A stretch of DNA of 64,000 bases. It comes from Scyliorhinus canicula. Taxonomy: Eukaryota. The stretch covers positions 126,669,256-126,733,255 of the forward strand of contig NC_052149.1 in assembly GCF_902713615.1 (NCBI RefSeq), written 5' to 3'. Position numbers and translations under genes: made by a program. The notes beneath the pieces were generated by a model that did no database searches, was not told the DNA's origin, and saw nothing but the letters and a program-made list of their open reading frames with translations. This document shows positions 36,869-50,600 of the stretch, one piece after another (the stretch's first letter is position 1; each line of letters starts with the position of its first letter).

Positions 36869-37168
36869 TGTGAGCACGGATGCGACCATCAATTCACTCG
36901 GAGACTCGAGTCGAAGTATACATGGGTTTTAGTGAGCTTACAACTTTGCCTGCCTGCGACCGGTACATTACTGAAGGCGGTCCCGCAGGTCAGCTGCTCT
37001 TTTGCTTCCTGAAAGGGGCGGTGCCATGGGCGGAGCCACTACATGCTCCACATCTCCCCCATTGGGTGAGCCACATAGTGGCCCATAGATGGAGCCCACA
37101 GGGTTAATACCATGGTCTAATGCAACACAGTATATTGGTGAATTAATAGTTCTTATACATTCACCACA
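36869..37168 (-). mobile_element. LTR-like element at the array boundary
   Basis: Minus strand begins TGTGGTGAATGTA and ends CTCACA; no TSD. Confidence 0.5.
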
Positions 37169-37283
37169 CACTACAAAAGAGGAAATTCAAAGGTGGCCTG
37201 GCATTACCGAACCGGCAATACTACCACTGGGCAGCAATGGCAGAAAGACTGAGAGGATGGGTAAACAAATCCAACTCAGAGTG

Positions 37284-37393
37284 GGGCAGCAGGGTAGCAT
37301 GGTGGTTAGCATAAATGCTTCACAGCTCCAGGGTCCCAGGTTCGGTTCCCGGCTGGGTCACTGTCTGTGCGGAATCTGCACGTTCTCCCCGTG
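37284..37393 (+). mobile_element. V-SINE 5' half
   Basis: Head and B-box; stops at TTCTCCCCGTG. Confidence 0.85.
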
Positions 37394-38378
37394 GCCCCCA
37401 TCTGTGACAATCACAGATTCCCCCCCCCCCCCCCCCAGCCATGCCAAACACCACCTTCAGCAAATGGAGACAGGACAGGGATACGCTGACAGTTAGGGGC
37501 TTTTACACAGGGCACAGAGTGGCAGCACTGGACAAACTGACGGAGGAATGGGAACTGCCAACAGGACAGGGTCACACTGACAGTTAAGGACTTTTACACA
37601 GGGCACAGAGTGGCAGCACTGGACAAACTGACGGAGGAATGGGAACTGCCAACAGGACAGGGACACGCTGACAGTTAGGGGCTTTTACACAGGGCACAGA
37701 GTGGCAGCACTGGACAAACTGACGGAGGAATGGGAACTGCCAACAGGACAGGGACACGCTGACAGTTAGGGGCTTTTACACAGGGCACAGAGTGGCAGCA
37801 CTGGACAAACTGACGGAGGAATGGGAACTGCCAACAGGACAGGGACGCGCTGACAGTTAGGGGCTTTTACACAGGGCACAGAGTGGCAGCACTGGACAAA
37901 CTGACGGAGGAATGGGAACTGCCAACAGGAAAGGAAATGAAACACCTGCGAATAAAGCACTTCCTCCGCAAAGAGACAGTCGGGTACCCCAGGGCCCCAG
38001 AGACCACACTACTAAAGAACCTGATGAATACAGACAGTAAAGAAGGGGGGAAATATACAGACAGCTTCTGGACAGAGCCCGAACACCATTGGACAAGACT
38101 AGATGGAAATAGGAAGATGAACTGTGGACAGAGGTAGGGTGGGGGCTCTGGAGCGAAGCACTGAGCAGGGCTACCTCCACCTCCTCCTGCGCAAGGCTCA
38201 GCCTAATGCAGCTCAAAGTGGTGCACAGAACGCACCTGAGCAGAACCCGAATGAGCAGGTTCTTCCCGGAGGTGGAGGGCAAATGTGAACGGTGCCAGAG
38301 AGGCCCGGCCAACCACACCCATATGTTCTGGGCTTGCCCCAAACTTGCTGTGTTCTGGACAGCCTTCTCTGAGGCAAT
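37394..38378 (+). mobile_element. L1 ORF2 C-terminal fragment (different subfamily from the 4.2-kb L1)
   Basis: APICDNHRF ... MQLKVVHR..KCERCQRGPANHTHMFWACPKL. Confidence 0.85.
37470..37930 (+). repeat. 91-bp x 5 tandem repeat derived from L1 ORF2
   Basis: ACAGGA at 37470, 37561, 37652, 37743, 37834, 37925. Confidence 0.95.
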
Positions 38379-38379
38379 A

Positions 38380-38491
38380 GGGAGGCACAGTAACACAGTA
38401 ATTAGCACAGTTGCTTCATAGCTCCAGGTCCCAGGTTCAATTCCCGGCTTGGGTCACTGTCTGTGCGGATTCTGCACGTTCTCCCCGTGTC
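38380..38491 (+). mobile_element. V-SINE 5' half
   Basis: Degenerate head; stops at TTCTCCCCGTGTC. Confidence 0.8.
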
Positions 38492-38527
38492 AAATGCTGC
38501 CTCGATTTCAAGGGCAGTCACTCTCAG

Positions 38528-38970
38528 AGAAGGAAGGGCTGGAGAGACACAAAAGAGACAATGCGGGAGGGAGGCCCCCCAGCCACCACCCCCCTCCCCC
38601 CAACCCAGCCAATGGGGAAACATGGCCGAAGCCGACAGGGGGAAAAAAGAAAGAGGAGGGAGAAGGGGAGAAGAAGGGGGGAAACCCCCCCCCCATACCA
38701 GCCAGGGAGGTCACAAGGGGGGAGGGGGGGCAGGGAGGGGCGGGCTGGGGGCGGGGGTGGGGGAGGACTACACTCCGAGCCAGATGGCGGCAGACTGCAC
38801 ACAGGAAAACTCAAGGGAAGGAAAAGACAAACATTTCTGTGTTGTACAGTAAATGAACACGACCAGTAATGTATATAAGTGTTTAGAATTCTTGAAAGTA
38901 CAAATAAAAATATTTTTTAATAACCCCCACCTCGCTCCAACCTTTCTCCTCCCCTCCACTGTCGCTAAAT
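38528..38970 (-). mobile_element. Probable L1 inter-ORF spacer fragment
   Basis: Purine/pyrimidine-skewed, G/C-run sequence of the same style as the spacer at 5263-5918. Confidence 0.4.
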
Positions 38971-38976
38971 TATCTG

Positions 38977-39717
38977 ACTTGGGATTCTCCGGTGGCCGAG
39001 GGCGAAATCGCGTTCGGCCGGAGAACCAACGTTTTTGCCGAAATTGGGGCGCCGCCGCTTTCGTGGTGCTCCGCCCCCTCCAATGCGGCCTGCTCGAGGG
39101 GTACGCAGTATCGACAGCCTCTGGATGTTGCCTGAGGCCCTCCCCCCCCCCGATGCTCCGCCCCCTGCAATGCGGCCTGCTCGAGGGGTACGCAGCATCG
39201 ACAGCCTCAGGATGTTGCCTGAGGCCCTCCCCCTCCCTCCCCCGATGCATCGCCCTCGACCGGCCGAGTACCCGATGGCGTCGGTCGCGTGTGCTGTGAA
39301 TCGTGGGGAACCCGGTGTGGCGGCTGCGGACTCAGTCCATCACCGCCACAGTCGGGGGAGAGCTGATCCGCGGGCAGGGGGGACTTTGGCAGGGGCTGGG
39401 GGCAGTGTTAGGGGTTGGTCTGGGGGTAGCGAGACGGCCAAAGGGGGGGCATTATTTTCCAGGTCGGGTCTGTGTGCGGCCGTCGCCTGGTTGTACGGAG
39501 CAGCCGCTGCAGGCCACCGCCGTGCGTATGAGCGGCCACGGACGGCAATTCTCTGGGCCGTATCAGCAACTAAAGCCGGGTGCTCTACGCTGCTGGCATA
39601 CTGGCACCCAGCCAGACGGAGGATCAGTGGCCGTTTTGCACCGAATATCCGGTCGTAAAACACCACCGTTCCCAAGCCGGCATCAGGACACAGCCTGAAA
39701 ATCGGAGAATCCAACCC
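38977..39717. mobile_element. Harbinger-type MITE with an internal ~87-bp tandem duplication
   Basis: Ends TGGGATTCTCC / GGAGAATCCAACCC; CAATGCGGCCTGCTCGAGGGGTACGC at 39081 and 39168. Confidence 0.75.
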
Positions 39718-39744
39718 CTTATCCGGCATCCAGCACTGGATCAG

Positions 39745-40330
39745 CTGAAATGTCCTCCAATTAAATATTGGGAATACTGAATCCATTGTTTTCAGCCCCC
39801 ACTCCAAACTCAGTTCTCTAACTAGCTACTCCATCCCTCTCCATGGTAACAGTCTGACATTAAACCAGTCTCTTCACAAACTGGGGCTGACATTTAACCC
39901 CGAGCTGAGCTTCCGACCTCACATTGGTGACATCACTAAGATGGTCTATTTCCACCTCAGTAACATCGCTCAACTTCACCCGTCTCAGCTCATCTACTGC
40001 GGAAACCATCACCCATGTCTCCGTTACCTCTGGACGTGACTATTCCAATACACTCCTGGCTGCTCTCCCACATCCTACCCTCCGGAAACATGAGCTCATC
40101 CAAAACTCTGCTGTCCCAGCCTGAACTCCCACCAAGTCCCGTTCCCCTATCACCCCCTGTACTCACTGACCCACACTGACTCCTGGCCAAGCAATGTCTT
40201 GGTTTTAAAATTCTCATCCTTGTTTTCCAATCCCTCCATGTCCTCGCCCCTCCCTATCTCTGGAATCTCCTCCAGCCCCACAACCCTCCGAGATATCTGT
40301 GTTCCTCTAATTCTGGCCTCTTGTACATTC
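39745..40330 (+). mobile_element. L2 LINE 3' fragment
   Basis: ETITHVSVTSGRDYSNTLLAALP..LIQNSA; similar to the 12.4-12.9 kb copy. Confidence 0.8.
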
Positions 40331-40624
40331 CTGATCAGAATCGCTCCCCCATTGGTGGCTGTGCCTTCAGCTGCCATTGCCAAGGCCTGTAGCCATCTGA
40401 CTGCGCACCCCACTGACCACCCACCATAGCCCATGGCTGTGCAGAGCGTCACCGGCCTACTCCACCCCACCCCATCACCACCACCCGATCCCCAACCTCC
40501 CCCTCCCTTCTGACAGCCGGGCGCCACCCTGCTGGCGGGGCAACATGAGGCCCACCCAAGGAGAACGCCCACATGGGTTGTACCAGCCACCAGTACCCCT
40601 GCCGGCAGGAATGGGTGCCTGGGT

Positions 40625-41575
40625 CTGAGTATTCCATTACACTCCTGACTTGTGCCTTGTAGATAGTGGGGAGGCAAGGAGTCAGGAGGTGAGTTACTCA
40701 CCACAGGACTTCCTAACCTCTGACCTGTTCCTGTCGCCACAGTTTTTAGATGGCTCGACCAGTTCAGTTTCTGGTCAATGGCAACCCCAGGATGTTTAAA
40801 ATGGGGATTTAGCAATGGCAATGCCAGTGAAAGACATGGAGCAATGTTTAACTTCCCTCTTGTTGGATGGGGTCAAAGTGGTTAGCACTGTTGCTTCACA
40901 GCGCCAGGGTCCCAGGTTCGATTCCCCGCTGGGTCACTGTCTGTGAGGAGCCTGCACGTTCTCCCCGTGTCTGCGTGGGTTTCCTCATGCAGTCTAAAGA
41001 CGTGGAGGTTTGGTGGATTGGCCATGCTGAACCGCCCTCATTGTCCAAAACGGTCAGGAGGGATTATTGGGTTTCGGGGACAGGGTGCAAATGAGGGCTT
41101 AAGTGGGTCGGTGCAGAAGTAATGGACCGAATGGCCTTCTTCTGCACTGTGTGTTCTATGTTCTATGTGCTGGGTATGACTGCGACCAGCCGAGGGTTTC
41201 CCCCCTGATTCCCATTGACTCCAGTTTTGCTCGGGCTCCTTGATGCCAAACTCGGTCAAATGCTGCCTCGATGTCAAAGGACAGTCACTCTGGCCTCACC
41301 TCTGGAGTTCAGCTCTTTTCTCCATGTTGAGCTGAGTGACTTTGGCAGAACCCAAACTGAGCATCAGTGAGCAGGTTATTGTGTAGCAAGTGGCACTTGA
41401 TAGCATTGTTGATGACCCCTTTCATCATTTTGCTGATGATTGAGAGTGGGCTGATGGACGGTAATTGGCCGGATTGGATTTCTTCTGCTTTTTGTGTACA
41501 GGACATTCCTGGGCAATTTTCCACATTGCTGGGTAGATGCCAGTGATGTATCTGCCCTGGAATAGCTCGTCCTGG
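40625..41575 (-). mobile_element. CR1-group LINE RT fragment (same family as 1950-3642), split by a SINE
   Basis: NNLLTDAQFGFCQSHSA; GCAGCATTTGACCGAGTTTGGCATCAAGG; inverse homology to 53600-54380. Confidence 0.8.
40866..41168 (+). mobile_element. V-SINE-like element with (TTCTATG)n tail
   Basis: Head GTGGTTAGCACTG, B-box GGTTCGATTCC, tail GTTCTATGTTCTATG. Confidence 0.85.
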
Positions 41576-41629
41576 AGCGGCGGCAGGAACCACCCGACTC
41601 AATAACCAACCTACCCATCTGGCACCGTG

Positions 41630-44600
41630 TGCAACTACCATCCTACACAGCTATCACCCTACCCAGCTATCACCCTACCCAGCTACCCACCCTACCCAGC
41701 TACCACCCTTCCCAGCTACCACCCTACCCAGCTACCACCCTACCCAGCTATCACCCTACCCAGCTATCACAATACCCAGCTATCACCCTACCCAGCTATC
41801 ACCCTACCCAGCTATCACCCAACCCAGCTATCACCCTACCCAGCTATCACCCTACCCAGCTATCACCCAACACGGCTATCACCCTACCCAGCTATCACCC
41901 TACCCACCCTACCCAGCTATCACCCTACCCAGCTATCACCCAACACGGCTAAAACCCTACCCAGCTACCCACCCTACCCAGCTATCACCCTACCCACCTA
42001 TCACCCTACCCACTGACCCACCCTACCCAGCTATCACCCTACCCAGCTATCACCCCACTCAGCTAAAACCCTACCCAGCTACCCACCCTACCCAGCTATC
42101 ACCCTACCCAGCTATCCCCTACCCAGCTATCACCCTACCCAGCTATCACCCTACCCAGCTACTAATCCTACCCAACTATCACCCTACCCAGCTATCACCC
42201 TACCAGGCTATCACCCTACCCAGCTACCCACCCTACCCAGCTACCCACCCTATCCAGCTATCACCCTACCCATCTACCCTCCCTACCCAGCTATCACCCT
42301 ACCCAGCTATCACCCTACCCAGCTATCACCCTACCCAGCTATCACCCGACCCAGCTATCACCCTACCCATCTACCCTCCCTACCCTGCTATCACCCTACC
42401 CAGCTAACACCCTACCCAGCTATCACCCAAACCAGCTAACAGCCTACCCAGCTATCACCCTACCCAGATACCCACCCTACCCAGCTATCACCCTACCCAG
42501 CTATCACCCTACCCAGCTATCACCCTACCCAGCTATCACCCTACCCAGCTATCACACTACCCAGTTATCACCCAAACCAGCTAACACCCTACCCAGCTAT
42601 CACCCTACCCAGCTAACACCCTACCCAGCTATCACCCTACCCAGCTATCACCCTACCCAGCTATCACACTACCCAGCTATCACCCAAACCAGCTAACACC
42701 CTACCCAGCTATCACCCAACCCAGCTATCACCCTACCGAACTATCACCATACCCAGCAATCACCCTACCCAGCTATCACCCTACCCAGCTATCACCATAC
42801 CCAGCCATCACCCTACCCAGCTATCACCATACCCAGCCATCACCCTACCAAGGTATCACCCTACCCAGCTATCACCCTACCCAGCTATTACCCTACACAG
42901 CTATCACCCTACCCAGCTACCACCCTGCCCAGCTACCACCCTACCCAGCTATCACCCTACCCAGATAATCACCCTACCCAGCTATCACCCTACCCAGCTA
43001 TCACTCTACCCAGCTATCACACTACCCAGCTACCCACCCTACCCAGCTATCACACTACCCAGCAACCCACCCTACCCAGCTATCACCCTACCAGCTAGCA
43101 CCCTACCCAGCTATCACCCTACCCAGCTATCACCCTACCCAGCTATCACCCTACCCAGCTATCACCCTACCCAGCTATCACTCTACCCAGCTATCACACT
43201 ACCCAGCTACCCACCCTACCCAGCTATCACCCTACCCAGCTAACCAGCCTACCCAGCTATCACACTACCAAGCTACCCGCCCTACCCAGCTATCATCCTA
43301 CCCAGCTATCACCCTACCCAGCTATCACCCTACCCAGCTACCCACCCTACCCAGCTATCACCCTACCCAGCTATCACCCTACCCAGCTACCCGCACTACC
43401 CAGCTATCACACTACCCAGCTACCCACCATACCCAGCTATCACCATACCCAGCTATCACCCTACCCAGCTACCACCCTACCCAGCTATCACGCTACCCAG
43501 CTATCACCCTACCCAGCTACCCGCACTACCCAGCTATCACACTACCCAGCTACCCACCATACCCAGCTATCACCATACCCAGCTATCACCGTACCCAGCT
43601 ACCACCCTACCCAGCTATCACGCTACCCAGCTACCACCCTACCCAGCTACCACCCTACACAGATATCATCTTGCCCAGCTGTCACCCTCCCCAGCTATCA
43701 CCCTACCCATCTACCCTCCCTACCCAGCTATCACCCTACACATCTACCCACACTACCCAGCTATCACCCTAACCATCTATCACCCTACCCAGCTACACAC
43801 ACTACCCAGCTATCACCCTACCCAGCTATCACCCTACCCAGCTATCACCCTACCCAGCTATCACCCTACCCAGCCATCACCCTACCCAGCTATCACCCTA
43901 CCCAGCTATCACCCTACCCAGCTATCACCCAACCCAGCTACCCACCCTACCCAGCTATCACCCTACCCAGCCATCACCCTACCCAGCCATCACCCTACCC
44001 AGCTATCACCCTACCCAGCTATCAACCTACCCAGCCATCACCCTACCCAGCTATCACCCTACCCAGCAATCACCCTACCCAGCTATCACCCTACCCAGCT
44101 ATCACCCTACCCAGCTATCACCCTACCCACTGACCCACCCTACCCAGCTATCACCCTACCCAGCTATCACCCCACTCAGCTAAAACCCTACCCAGCTACC
44201 CACCCTACCCAGCTATCACCCTACCCAGCTATCCCCTACCCAGCTATCACCCTACCCAGCTATCACCCTACCCAGCTACTAATCCTACCCAGCTATCACC
44301 CTACCCAGCTATCACCCTACCCAGCTATCACCCTACCCAGCTACCCACCATACCCAGCTACCCACCCTATCCAGCTATCACCCTACCCATCTACCCTCCC
44401 TACCCAGCTATCACCCTACCCAGCTATCACCCTACCCAGCTATCACCCTACCCACCTATCACCCTACCCACTGACCCACCCTACCCAGCTATCACCCTAC
44501 CCAGCTATCACCCCACTCAGCTAAAACCCTACCCAGCTACCCACCCTACCCAGCTATCACCCTACCCAGCTATCCCCTACCCAGCTATCACCCTACCCAG

Positions 44601-47600
44601 CTATCACCCTACCCAGCTACTAATCCTACCCAGCTATCACCCTACCCAGCTATCACCCCACCCAGCTATCACCCTACCCAGCTACCCACCCTACCCAGCT
44701 ACCCACCCTATCCAGCTATCACCCTACCCATCTACCCTCCCTACCCAGCTATCACCCTACCCAGCTATCACCCTACCCAGCTATCACCCTACCCAGCTAT
44801 CACCCGACCCAGCTATCACCCTACCCATCTACCCTCCCTACCCTGCTATCACCCTACCCAGCTAACACCCTACCCAGCTATCACCCAAACCAGCTAACAG
44901 CCTACCCAGCTATCACCCTACCCAGATACCCACCCTACCCAGCTATCACCCTACCCAGCTATCACCCTACCCAGCTATCACCCTACCCAGCTATCACCCT
45001 ACCCAGCTATCACACTACCCAGTTATCACCCAAACCAGCTAACACCCTACCCAGCTATCACCCTACCCAGCTAACACCCTACCCAGCTATCACCCTACCC
45101 AGCTATCACCCTACCCAGCTATCACACTACCCAGCTATCACCCAAACCAGCTAACACCCTACCCAGCTATCACCCAACCCAGCTATCACCCTACCGAACT
45201 ATCACCATACCCAGCAATCACCCTACCCAGCTATCACCCTACCCAGCTATCACTGTACCCAGCCATCACCCTACCCAGCTATCACCATACCCAGCCATCA
45301 CCCTACCAAGGTATCACCCTACCCAGCTATCACCCTACCCAGCTATTACCCTACACAGCTATCACCCTACCCAGCTACCACCCTGCCCACCTACCACCCT
45401 ACCCAGCTATCACCCTACCCAGATAATCACCCTACCCAGCTATCACCCTACCCAGCTATCACTCTACCCAGCTATCACACTACCCAGCTACCCACCCTAC
45501 CCAGCTATCACACTACCCAGCAACCCACCCTACCCAGCTATCACCCTACCCAGCTAGCACCCTACCCAGCTATCACCCAACCCAGCTATCACCCTACCCA
45601 GCTATCACCCTACCCAGCTATCACCCTACCCAGCTATCACTCTACCCAGCTATCACACTACCCAGCTACCCACCCTACCCAGCTATCACCCTACCCAGCT
45701 AACCAGCCTACCCAGCTATCACACTACCAAGCTACCCGCCCTACCCAGCTATCATCCTACCCAGCTATCACCCTACCCAGCTATCACCCTACCCAGCTAC
45801 CCACCCTACCCAGCTATCACCCTACCCAGCTATCACCCTACCCAGCTACCCGCACTACCCAGCTATCACACTACCCAGCTACCCACCATACCCAGCTATC
45901 ACCATACCCAGCTATCACCCTACCCAGCTACCACCCTACCCAGCTATCACCCTACCCAGCTATCACCCTACCCAGCTACCCGCACTACCCAGCTATCACA
46001 CTACCCAGCTACCCACCATACCCAGCTATCACCATACCCAGCTATCACCGTACCCAGCTACCACCCTACCCAGCTATCACGCTACCCAGCTACCACCCTA
46101 CCCAGCTACCACCCTACACAGATATCATCTTGCCCAGCTGTCACCCTCCCCAGCTATCACCCTACCCATCTACCCTCCCTACCCAGCTATCACCCTACAC
46201 ATCTACCCACACTACCCAGCTATCACCCTAACCATCTATCACCCTACCCAGCTACACACACTACCCAGCTATCACCCTACCCAGCTATCACCCTACCCAG
46301 CTATCACCCTACCCAGCTATCACCCTACCCAGCCATCACCCTACCCAGCTATCACCCTACCCAGCTATCACCCTACCCAGCTATCACCCAACCCAGCTAC
46401 CCACCCTACCCAGCTATCACCCTACCCAGCCATCACCCTACCCAGCCATCACCCTACCCAGCTATCACCCTACCCAGCTATCACCCTACCCAGCCATCAC
46501 CCTACCCAGCTATCACCCTACCCAGCAATCACCCTACCCAGCTATCACCCTACCCAGCTATCACCCTACCCAGCTATCACCCCACGCAGCTATCACCCTA
46601 CCTAGCTATCACCCTACCCAGCTATCACCCTACCCAGCTATCACCCTACCCAGCTATCACCCTACCCAGCTCCCCACCCTACCCAGCTATCACCCTACAC
46701 AGCTATCACCCTGCCCAGCCTTCACCCTGCCCAGCTATCACCCTACCCAGCTATCACCATACCCAGCTATCACCCCACCCAGCTATCACCCTACCCAGCT
46801 ATCACCCTTCCCAGCTATCACCCTCCCCTTCTACACACCCTACCCAGCTATCAACCTACCCTGCTATCACCCTACCCAGCTACCACCCTACCCAGCAATC
46901 ACACTACCCAGCTATCACCCTACCCAGCTATCACCCTACCCAGCTACCACCCTACCCAGCTATCAACCTACCCAGCTATCATCTTGCCCAGCTGTCACCC
47001 TCCCCAGCTATCACTCTACACATGTACCCACCCTACCCAGCTTTCACCCTTACAAGCTATCACCCTACCCAGCTACCCACCCTACCCAGCTATCACCCTA
47101 CCTAGCTATCACCCTACCCAGCTATCACCCTACCCACCTACCCACCCTACCCAGCTATTACCCTACCCAGCTATCACCCTACCCAGCTATCACCCTACCC
47201 AGCTATCATCCTACCCAGCTATCACCCTACCCAGCTATCACCCTACCCAGCTATCACCCTACCTAGCTATCACACTACCCAGCTGTCACCTTACCCAGCT
47301 ACACACCCTACCCAGCTACCCACCCTACCCAGCCATCACCCTACCCAGCTATCACCATACCCAGCCATCACCCTACCCAGGTATCACCCTACCCAGCTAT
47401 AACCCTACCCAGCTATTACCCTACCCAGCTATCACCCTACCCAGCTATCACCCTACCCAGCTATCACCCTACCCAGATAATCACCCTACACAGCAATCAC
47501 CCTACCCAGCTATCACTCTACCCAGCTATCACACTACCCAGCAACCCACACTACCCAGCTATCACCCTACCCAGCTAGCACCCTACCCAGCTATCACCCA

Positions 47601-50600
47601 TCCCAGCTATCACCATACCCAGCTATCACCCTACCCAGCTATCACCCTACCCAGCTATCACTCTACCCAGCTATCACACTACCCAGCTACCCACCCTACC
47701 CAGCTATCACCCTACCCAGCTAACCAGCCTACCCAGCTATCACACTACCAAGCTACCCGCCCTACCCAGCTATCATCCTACCCAGCTATCACCCTACCCA
47801 GCTATCACCCTACCCAGCTACCCACCCTACCCAGCTATCACCCTACCCAGCTATCACCCTACCCAGCTACCCGCACTACCCAGCTATCACACTACCCAGC
47901 TACCCACCATACCCAGCTATCACCATACCCAGCTATCACCCTACCCAGCTACCACCCTACCCAGCTATCACGCTACCCAGCTACCACCCTACCCAGCTAC
48001 CACCCTACACATATATCATCTTGCCCAGGTGTCAACCTTCCCAGCTATCACCCTACCCATCTACCCTCCCTACCCAGCTATCACCCTACACATCTACCCA
48101 CACTACCCAGCTATCACCCTAACCATCAATCACCCTACCCAGCTACACACACTACCCAGCTATCACCCTACCCAGCTATCACCCTACCCAGCTATCACCC
48201 TACCCAGCTATCACCCTACCCAGCCATCACCCTACCCAGCTATCACCCTACCCAGCTATCACCCTACCCAGCTATCACCCTACCCAGCTACCCACCCTAC
48301 CCAGCTATCACCCTACCCAGCCATCACCCTACCCAGCCATCACCCTACCCAGCTATCACCCTACCCAGCTATCACCCTACCCAGCCATCACCCTACCCAG
48401 CTATCACCCTACCCAGCTATCACCCCACCCAGCTATCACCCTACCCAGTTATCACCCTTTCCAGCTATCACCCTACCCAGCTATCACCCTACCCAGCTAT
48501 CACCCCACCCAGCTACCCACCCTACCCAGCTATCACCCTACACAGCTATCACCCTGCCCAGCTATCACCCTGCCCAGCTATCACCCTACCCAGCTATCAC
48601 CCTACCCAGCTATCACCCCACCCAGCTATCACCCTACCCAGCTATCACCCTTCCCAGCTATCACCCTCCCCTTCTACCCACCCTACCCAGCTATCAACCT
48701 ACCCAGCTACCACCCTACCCAGCTATCACCCTTCCCAGCTATCATCTTGCCCAGCTGTCCGGCTCCCCAGCTATCACCCTACACATCTACCCACCCTACC
48801 CAGCTATCACCCTAACCAGCTATCACCCTACCCAGCTACCCACCCTACACAGCTATCACCCTACCCATCTACCCACCCGACCCAGCTATCACCCTACCCA
48901 GCTACCCACCCTACCCAGCTATCACCCTACCCAGCTATCACCCGACCCAGCTATCACCCTACCCAGCTAGCACCCTACCCAGCTATCACCCTACCCAGCT
49001 AGCACCCTACCCAGCTATCACCCTACCCAGCTATCACCCTACCCAGCTATCACCCTACCCATCTACCCACCATACCCAGCTATCACCCTACCCAGCTATC
49101 ACCCTATCCAGCGATCACCCTACCCATTTACCCACTCTACCCAGCTACCGCCCGAACCACCAGGCACCCTCCCACCTGCCACACTACCCAGCCATCACCC
49201 AACCCAGCTATCACCCTACCCAGCTATCACCCTACCCACCTATCACCCTCTCCAGCTACCCACCCTACTCAGCTACCCACCCTACCCATCTACCCACTCT
49301 ACCCAGCAATCACCCTATCCAGCTATCACCCTACCCATCTACCCACCCTACCCAGCTATCACCCTCCCCATCTACCCACCATACACAGCTACCCACCCTA
49401 CCCAGCTATCTCCCTCCCCAGCTCTCACCATACCCAGCTATCAGCCTCCCCAGCTATCTCCCTACCCTGCTCTCACACTACCCAGCGATCACCCTACCCA
49501 GGTATCTCCCTTCCCAGCTATCACCCTACACACCTCCCCACCCTACCCAGCTACACAACCTACCCAGCTATCACCATACCCAGCTGTCACCCTACCCAGC
49601 TATCACCCTACCCAGCTATCACCCTACCCAGCTATCACCCTACCCAGCTATCAACCTACCCAGCTATCACCCTACACACCTACCCACCCTACCCAGCTAC
49701 ATGCCCTACCCAGCTATCACCCTACCCAGCTATCACCCTACCCAGCTATCACCCTACCCAGCTATCACTCTACACAGCTCTCCATCCTACCCAGCTATCA
49801 CCCTACCCAGCTATCACCCTGCCCAGCTATCACCCTACCCATCTACCCACCCTACCCAACTATCACCCTACCCAGCTACCCACCCTACCCAGCTATCACC
49901 CTACCCAGCTATCACCCTACCCAGCTACCCACCCTACCCAACTATCACCCTACCCAGCTACCTACCCTACCCAGCTACCCACCCTACCCTGCTATCACCC
50001 TACCTAGCTACCCACCCTACCCAGCTATCACCATACCCAACTAGCACCCTACCCAGCTACCCACCCTACCCAGCTATCACCCTACCCATCTATCACCCGT
50101 CCCAGCTATCTCCCTACCCAGCTATCACCCTCCCCCTCTACCCAGCCTACCGAGCTATCACCCTACCCAGCTACCCACCCTACCCAGCTATCACCCTACC
50201 CAGCTACCCACCCTACCCAGCTATCACCCTACCCAGCTACCCACCCTACCCAGCTATCACCCTCCCCATCTACCCACCCTACCCAGCTATCACCCTACCC
50301 AACTATCACCCTCCCTATCTACCGACCCGACCCACCTATCTCCCTATCCATCGACCCACACTCCCCATCTACCCACCCTACCCACCTATCACCGTACCCG
50401 TCTACCCACCCTACCCAGCTATCACCCTACACAGCTATCACCCTATCCAGCTATCACCCGACCCAGCTATCACCCTATCCAGCTATCACCCGACCCAGCT
50501 ATCACCCTACCCAGCTATCACCCTACCCAGCTACCCACCCTACCCAGCTATCACCCTACCCAGCTATCACCCTACCCAGCTATCACACTACCCAGCTACC

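Larger units (their letters stand above)
29444..36871 (-). repeat. 36-bp satellite array, ~190 units, with a 3433-bp higher-order repeat
   Basis: Unit GTGTGATGTACCTGTGTACACAGACTGGATTGTGAA; the degenerate marker CTGCGTACAAAGATTGG recurs at 30481, 32222, 33914, 35655. Confidence 0.97.

Noticed and set aside
29444-36871. CRISPR-like array (36-bp palindromic repeats)
   Set aside because: Units are contiguous with no unique spacers, no cas genes, and the context is eukaryotic.
29314-36892. Long ORFs up to 1003 aa (RYITLHNPVCVH, VKCDVPVYTDWI and similar repeats)
   Set aside because: A 36-bp unit lacking stops opens several frames on both strands at once; no domain, splice or start context.
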